A DNA stretch of 64,000 bases from Felis catus (taxonomy: Eukaryota): contig NC_058369.1 of assembly GCF_018350175.1 (NCBI RefSeq), positions 806,001-870,000 of the forward strand, in the 5' to 3' direction. The notes beneath the pieces are model-generated. The model was not told where the DNA came from and made no database searches. It saw only the letters and a list, made by a program, of their open reading frames with translations. The translations under genes were made by a program, and so were the position numbers. This document shows positions 52,788-64,000 of this stretch, piece by piece (positions within the stretch are counted from its first letter, which is position 1; the number at the start of each line of letters is the position of its first letter).

Positions 52788-57024
<4,237 letters not shown>

Positions 57025-57649
57025 AACCCTCGTCCAGCCGCTACGCAGACCTGCCGCCTGGCGAGCTGGGGGGCACATCACACCCCAAGCCCTCCACGAA
57101 CTCCTCGACCGACGCCTCGGGGGAGCCCCCCGCCAGCCCCGCCTCCCCGAGCAAGCCGCTCCCCGGGAGCGCCTCCCAGACCACCTCGGGCCAGTCCCCG
57201 CCGGACCCCCCGGCCGGCGGCTCCCGGCTGCCCTCCAAGTCCCAGAGCCGGCTTCGGCTCCGGGCACGGGCACGAGTGAGCTCCTCCGGCCAGCCGCGCC
57301 CCCAGTCATCTGTCACCTCCTCGGGCCAACCCCAGCCGGCCCCCCAGCCCGCGGGCCCCAAGCAGCGCACCAGCACCTCCCCCAGCCAGGGTCCCCCCGT
57401 GGCGCAGCCCCCCGGGAAGGCCTCGGACGGGCCGGGGGAGCCGGCCCCCCAGGCCTCCAAGGGCAGCCCACCGCCCACCGGCAGCACCTCGGCGCCCCAG
57501 CTGCCGGCCCCCTCCCCGTGCGGGTCCTCGGCCGAGTACACGTCCGAGTCCACCACGGAGGTCACGTGCAGCTGGCCCCACCTCAGACACCGGCTTCGCT
57601 GCCTCCAGCACTGCTGGCGGCTGAAGCATCTGGCCTGCTAGGGGGGCTC

Positions 57650-57655
57650 AATAAA
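57650..57655 (+). terminator. REEP6: REEP6 polyadenylation signal
   Basis: AATAAA. Confidence 0.8.
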
Positions 57656-58169
57656 GCTCATCCGACGACCCGTCTGGCCGTGTCCTCGGGGGTGGGGGAG
57701 CCCCTGGCCGGCGTCTCCGGATCCGGAGCCGACGCCGTGTGCCCCGCTTCGCAGACGAGGAGACTGAGGCCCGGAGCGGCACCCCCGCCTGCCTGAGGTC
57801 TTGCCACGGGGCTGAGAAGGATCACGGAGGAGGGCTCGAGAGAGAATTGGCATCTGAGTCCTTTATTTGGGAGGCGGTCCTGGGGAAAGGACGGAAGGGG
57901 GCGGGGTGTGCGATGGGGGCAGAAAGGAGCTCTGGGGGCCAGGGTCACAGACACGCCTGAGGCTTTCCCTGCCCCCGTCCCACCGGGGGTGGGCGGGGGG
58001 CAGTGGTCCTCCCCTCCAGCCCGCGCCCCCTGCCAGCAGCCCCTGGCCCGGGACCACAGGGCGCCTCCAGCCAAGGTGGGGGGCCGGAGACTGGGGGAAG
58101 ACGGGGTGTCGCCCGCAGGGCCTCCTACAGCCCGTGGCTCCTCTCCTGTCTCGTTTTGTCTTTAGTTGG

Positions 58170-58346
58170 TTTCTTTCTTTTTTTTTTTTTTTAAGTTTAC
58201 TTCTTCTGAGAGAGAGAATCCCAAGCAGGCTCCCCGCTGCCAGCGCAGAGCCTGACGCGCGGCTTGAACTCACGATCCCTGAAATCATGACCTGAGCTGA
58301 AACCGAGAGCTGGACGCTTAACCGACTGAGCCCCCCCAGCGCCCCT
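58170..58346 (-). mobile_element. CAN-SINE
   Basis: Poly(T), GAGAATCCCAAGCAGGCTCC..., CTTAACCGACTGAGCC. Confidence 0.85.
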
Positions 58347-59064
58347 AGTCGGTTTCTTTTTTGACACCAACATGACCCTGATCGTAAAACCAGGCAGAGA
58401 CACAAGGAGGGAAGGAAGGTGCCCAGCCCGTTGTGTGGACAGAGACGCGAAGAGTCTAAGAAAGGGCAAACTCAATCCAACGGCGTCTTCAAAGCAATAG
58501 AACACCCCCCATTCGAGGTGGGGTTCCTGGAAGCAGAGCCCGAGTCGGAAGCTGGGCGGATGGGGGGGTCGCTGGGCAAGGAGCTGGTCTCGGCTGGGAG
58601 ACACGACCCTGAGCGGGAAGTGCACCCTGGAGTTCTGGCCCAAGGCAGGCGGGGTGTCACCTGTGTCTCCTCCAGAGCCTCAGCCCCACCCGAGAGGGGG
58701 CTGTAAGCTCATGGCTCGTCCCATCCAAAGGCAAGTCCCTAGCCAGGCATCTGCAGACACACTGGGAAGGCCCCGGGGCCCCACAGCGTCCAGCTTGGTC
58801 AGCCCCTCACCCAGGACCTGCTTCTCCAAGATCCCAGTTGGTCACAGCCCTGGGGGAAACACGGAGGAGCGTCAGGATGAACGAGGCAGATGCTCCCAAG
58901 GCTTATACCTCCGTGGTTCTCCGCTGGGGGTGATGCTGCCCCAGGGGCATCAGACGATGTGGAGACACTTGAGGTGTCTGTGCCGTGTCCCACAATCCCT
59001 CTCCCTGCCCCGGCAGTCCCAGCTTGTCCGCAGCTGGTGGTGGCCACTGGCGAGCGATGGGTCC

Positions 59065-59600
59065 GATTCATTCATTTGATCATTCAGCAACTATTGAGCA
59101 CCCACTGTATGCCCGGCACTGTTCCAACAGTCAAGGGAAGAGTGATGGCCCAGAGAGAGAAAAAAATCTCTGCTCCTGAGGATTTGGGGAGGTGACAATC
59201 AGCATGATAAACATGGATGTCAGAGGGAGGTGAATGTTCCGGGGAAACATGCAGTGGGGAGGTGGGGGGTGGCGGCAACAATATCAGGAACAGTCAGAGA
59301 AGGACCTGTCTGCGGGAGTGACATCTGAGTAGAGCATGAAGGAGACAGGAAAGTCAGGTCAGAGGCACGAGTCTTGCGAAAGCCAGGGCAAAAGTGATCC
59401 GGGCAGAGAGAAGAGCACGTACAAAGGTCCTGAGGTAGGACTGTGCCTGGCGGGCTAGAGGAAGAGTGGGGTGCTCAGCGTGGATGGAGCTGAATGAGGG
59501 GGAGAAGGGAGGGGGGTCTGGGGTGAGCCTGAGCACACGGACACCCGCAAGGCATGGTGAGGACTTTGGGTTTTGCTTGGGGACGCAGGCTTCGCTGGGA
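59065..59600. mobile_element. L2 LINE remnant
   Basis: attcattcatttgatcattcagcaactattgagcacccactgtatgcccggcactgttc...gtgacatctgag...caaaggtcctgaggtagga. Confidence 0.6.
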
Positions 59601-60229
59601 TCGAGGGTAATCATTAATGAGTCCCCCGCCCTGCTGAGAGGTCCACACGGGTTTTGGGGACAGGGATCTGGGAATCTGCTTTTCACTGGCCCGACTGTCT
59701 GAACAACGTGGGGTGGCCGTAGTCCGGGGAAAGGGTGGCGGTACCGGGCTCTCTCTGCACCTGGCACTGTCCCCCGCCATCCAAGGGGCACAGCACAACG
59801 GGCTCTAGAGGCGTCCCTCCAAAGATGGTCCCCGGCCCACCCAGGGTCAGCTCACCACGTGGGAACAATGACATCTAGCCCCTCGGACTTGTTTTGTTTT
59901 TCACTTAAAAATACGGAAGAGTGTAAGCAGTGACTCGGGGACAACATGGCCCCTCCCAGCCACCCGGCAGTGGCCACGTGCTTCCCTGTCCGGCTCAGAG
60001 CCGTGTCCATCAGACGCACCGCGTCGCTGGAGGGGTCGCTCACACGGTAGTGTCTGGGGCTGGTGGACAGGATTCATTTGGCTCGTGCGCACCATCCACC
60101 GTCGATGGAATGGTCTCCAGCTTGTGGTTACTGCGACTCAAGCTGCCAGGAACATTCTAGAACCGGCCTTCGGTGAGCAGAGCTCTGGTTTCCTCGGGGC
60201 GCACACCTGTCAGAGAGTGCAGGGCGAGC

Positions 60230-60630
60230 ATTTCTGAGTGTCGTGGGGTGGCTGGAAAGAGCCACGAGCACGCTGGGAGGCTTAAAATCACAGGCGTTTA
60301 TTCTCCCACATTCTGGAAGCGGAGGTCAGGGTGTGGCAGGACCGAGCTCCTCCCTCGGCAGGCTCCAGGGCAAGTTCCTGTCCACCTGTCCCAACTCCTG
60401 GAGGCCCCAGGCGTCCCTGGGCTCGTGGCCGTGTCCCTCCAGTGCCTGCCTCTGTGGCCATGTGGCTGCCTCCTCTGTCTCCGTCTAACAAAGACACTTG
60501 TCACTGGGTTTAGGGCTCACCTTGGTAATCCAGGATGATCTCGTCTTCAGACTCTTAGTTACGTCTGAAAAGGCCCTTTTGCCAAACAAGGTCCTGGTCA
60601 CAGGTTCCGGAGACTAGGGGTTAGCCCGTC
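60230..60630. mobile_element. MaLR (MLT1-like) LTR
   Basis: ggcttaaaatcacaggcgtttattctcccacattctggaag...aaagacacttgtcactgggtttagggctcacc...taatccaggatgatctc...ccaaacaaggtc...cacaggttcc. Confidence 0.7.
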
Positions 60631-61324
60631 ACTGTGCGCGTACCTTCGTCTGGAGCAGATGTGGCCAAGCTGTACCCCAAAGTGGTCCCGCCAGTGCCCC
60701 CTGTGACCCGCATGTAACCCTGTGGGCTGTAGGACGGCCCGGGGCTCTCAGCGGCGGTGGGGGCCCAGGGCCTCCGTGGGTTAACCCCGGCTCAGGGTCA
60801 GAGAGAGTAGGCGGGCCCGGGGCAGGCATTAGGGGGGTGCTGGCCACAGAGAATTCAAAATAATAAGAAAAGCATCAGGACCCCAGAGCCAGCGTTCTGC
60901 GACGTCGTGGGGAAAACTTCAGGGGGCGAAGGAAACAATCGTTGCCAGAATCGCCGTGTTACTGACGGGACGCAAGCTTCGAACTCGCGTTTGTGTTCTT
61001 TACCCTTTAACAGACCCCGTGGGTTCAGAGAAGCCCCAGTGATGACCCACCTGTCGCGGCCAAGGGAGCTCGCTGCAGGAAAGTCTGACCGTCCTCGCTC
61101 GTGGTCCCTTCCGGCGACCACAGGGGCACTGTGTATCCCCCTGGGGACACAGGGACTGCTAAAAACCGAGACCGGGGATTGTAGAGAGGACGACACAGCC
61201 CTGGGGTCACCCCGTTTCTGTCATTCTCTGACCACCTGGAGTGCGTGTTCGTGTGCGGGATTTGAACATCTGTACACTTCCCGCGGCGTCTTCTCTCTCT
61301 TAAGTGTTCAAGTGTTTGTTTGAT

Positions 61325-61561
61325 TTCCTTTTATTTTAATTTTTTAAATGTTTATTTATTTATTTATTTATTTTTGAGACAGAGAGAGACAGAGCATGAA
61401 CAGGGGAGGGTCAGAGAGAGGGGGAGACACAGAACCCGAAGCAGGCTCCAGTCCCCGAGCCGTCAGCACAGAGCCCAACGCGGGGCTCGAACTCACCGAC
61501 CGTGAGATCATGAGCTGAGCCGAAGTCGGACGCTCAACCGACTGAGCCCCCCAGGCGCCCC
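61325..61561 (-). mobile_element. SINEC_Fc
   Basis: (TTTA)n tail, GA body, ...CCGACTGAGCCCCCCAGGCGCCCC. Confidence 0.92.
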
Positions 61562-62778
61562 CTCCTGTTTCTTTTAAAGCGAAAGAGCAAATCAGGACAT
61601 TAAGGGACCGTCCGCAGCGACTGGTACGCGATCGGCCCTGGAAACAATGTTGCCTCACGGAGCGGGGTGCCACTCAGGGGTCCTGTCTGCCAGGGCGCAT
61701 CCCGCACTGGTCTCTGCTCCACCGGCTGGGCCAGCCGGTCCGGGAGCTCGGGCAGGCCTGCCCCGTGGACCCCCCAGTCCCCGACAGAGCCCACTCAGTG
61801 GCAGAGATGCAGGGACAACCTCGGGCAGCCCTGATGGGCACAGAGGCGCCTTGGGTGTAGGTGCCAGTGTCAGGAAGCCAGAGTGTGGGGAGAGGTGTTG
61901 CTGAGGAAGGCTAGCACCCAGGGGAGAGGCAGGGGCCCTCCGGGTGCAGGCATCACCAGGTGCCTAGCGTCCCTTCCTTTCCCATCCTACCACTAGGGGG
62001 CGCCCAGGCCCCACACCACCCTCCAGCGCTGTGCCCCCTATAACACCGGCGGGGGGGGCGGGGCCCAGGGGGGCCCCAGCTTCAGTACTTGCTGGGGGGG
62101 GGAGGGAGCCAGGTCTGGGACCCAGAGGCAGGGGAAGGAGTCCGAGGGATGCGGTTCCCATGCTCAGAGCTGCGAGGGGCTGAAAGGATACTCGCAGATG
62201 GGGAAACTGAGGCCCAGGGAGGGGCAGGGTCCGGCCACAGGTCACCTGCAAGGTCAGGCACTGAGCCTGAGACCCACAGTTGAGCATCCTGTGTCCTAAA
62301 GGAAAACACAGCCACGGACGGTACAGAAGACCAGAGTGTCCCATCCAGGGAGAGAAGGTAAAGGGTGGCCCTTCCAGAGTGCCCCCAGAAGGTTTGTTGG
62401 GTGACACCCTCCAGGTGCCTCCAATTCACACTTGGCCTAGGTCTGCCCTCCTGGCCCCAGAAGACTGATGAGTAGAACATATCCAGGAGAACACAGGAGG
62501 ACAGGGACCGGGGCCCCGGGTGGCATGAGATGGCAGTGTGGCCCTCAGGGGGCATGGGGAGGGGGCACTGCACCAGGAGGAGGAGGAGGGCTGGGGTGCA
62601 CGTGAGAGTGTTGTGCACACATCGTGACAGCGTGACCGTGGGTCTGACCACCAGCACATCCTGGAATTTCCGCAGCCGCGTATGTGTCACTGGGGTGTCC
62701 TTGTCGTAAAAGGGCTCGCAAAGATTAAATAGGCAGAAACAGGGATGGATAGCAGTGTTGTCCGAAAGAAACCCAGCC

Positions 62779-62975
62779 AGGGGCATCTGGCCAGCTCAGT
62801 CAGGGGAGGATGTGATTCTAGGTCTCCGGGTTGTGGGTTCGGGCCCCACATCGGGCGTAGAGATTATTTTAAAAATAAGATCGGAAGGAAGGAAAGAAGG
62901 AAGGGACGAAGGGACGAAGGGACAAAGGGAGGAAGGAGGAGAAAAGGAAAAAAAGGAAAGGAAAGAAAGAAAGAC
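62779..62975 (+). mobile_element. Short old CAN-SINE with purine-rich (GAAG/GAAA)n tail
   Basis: GGTTGTGGGTTCGGGCCCCAC...GTAGAGATTATTTTAAAA followed by GA-rich repeats. Confidence 0.6.
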
Positions 62976-63575
62976 CCAGCCAGACTTGCTGAGGCGCTCA
63001 AGATTATCTCTGAGCTTCCTGGTGGCCGGGGCAAAAGGGGAAATGGGTACCTTACAGTACCTGGGTAGGCGTGTCTTCTAGGGAGCATGTCTGTTGGAGA
63101 CGGTGTCTCTGAACACATGAGGCGTACGTGTATCAGTGAGAAGAGAGAGCACAGAGTGTCAGGGAGTTAAACAGCAGTGAACGTCCTGGCAGCCAGGGCA
63201 AGAGGGGAAACTGCTCTATTCCAAGGTCTTGTTGGGCAGTCTTCCTTTGGGCCATGCTCGTTTGTGACAGTGTCTCTACGAAGGTGAGCATGGGACAAAG
63301 CAAATAAAAGCAGACACAAAGTTTCTAAGTATAAATCATCTATGAGCTTCCTGGCAGCCAGAGTGAGAGAGGAAATAAGAGCGTCTCTTCAGTGTGTCCT
63401 CCCTCACCAGTGCCTCCTGCTCATGACAGTGGACCTGACTGGGTGCAGGGACAGCTAAGCATGTGTAGTAGGCGGGAAGCCACTGGAAGCCGGGGCAAGA
63501 CGGGAAATACGCTGAGTTTGAGCCCGGTCAGGCATGCCTCTGTTGCTGCAGGTGGCGGGGGCCCGGTCCCGCGGC

Positions 63576-63877
63576 TCAGGCGGGGCAGTGTCGGGCAGCC
63601 AGGCGCACGCGGCTGTCCTCGGCAGGGCTCCACGCTCGGGCGTAGCCAGTGTGGGGCAGCAGCAGCCGGTCCTGAGTGCCGTCAGGGCTGATGAGGCGCT
63701 GGACAGCCAGCAGGTACTCGCGATGGAGGTCCAGCCGCGGGCAGGGGCAGCGACCCAGGGCCCACACGTACTCCAGGGCCCGCAGTGGCGAGCGGTTCTT
63801 ATAGATGAGCTGCACGCGAACCTCATAGCGCGTCTCCTGGGCCTGTTGGAGGCGGCTCAGCACTCGGGCCCTGAACA
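63576..63877 (-). CDS. ADAMTSL5: ADAMTS-like protein 5, last coding exon (NTR/netrin module)
   Basis: cccacag| acceptor; VFRARVL...ETRYEVRVQLIYKNRSPLRALEYVWALGRCPCP...RHCPA*; synteny after REEP6. Confidence 0.9.
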
Positions 63878-64000
63878 CTGTGGGCAGGATTTTGCTGAGG
63901 CCGACCGGACACTCCACCCTGGGCACCCACCACCCCAGGTGCACCCCGTTGCCAGAGAAAGGAACCAGGGCCAGATGGAGCACTGGGGGTCCCTGGGGAC

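Noticed and set aside
57862-57867. Minus-strand AATAAA just past REEP6
   Set aside because: About 5.7 kb from the ADAMTSL5 stop, with no supporting transcript evidence.

Overview
GC-rich mammalian genomic DNA from a carnivore, probably a felid (abundant CAN-SINE/SINEC_Fc-type tRNA-derived SINEs). It is syntenic with human 19p13.3. Gene order: 3' part of DAZAP1 (+), RPS15 (+), APC2 (+), C19orf25 orthologue (-), PCSK4 (-), REEP6 (+), last exon of ADAMTSL5 (-). Exon boundaries were read from GT/AG sites and codon phase. Five N gaps (126-256, 6547-6813, 23593-23732, 25360-25539, 56082-56237) hide APC2 exon 6, part of APC2 exon 9 and REEP6 exon 3. Main points: (1) a coding-like ORF fills the REEP6 '3' UTR', in frame with exon 5 and ending in a Cys/His/Trp-rich tail just before the poly(A) signal; (2) the Cys-rich/hydrophobic last exon of PCSK4 has decayed while the catalytic exons are intact; (3) APC2 carries a pure (CAG)13 polyQ; (4) one 9-bp element gives poly(A) signals on both strands for APC2 and C19orf25; (5) an upstream APC2 first exon encodes a hydrophobic N-terminal extension and lies near an RFX X-box and a REST/RE1 site; (6) DAZAP1 has a stop-containing alternative exon. 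All comparisons with human/mouse orthologues are from memory and need alignment to confirm.
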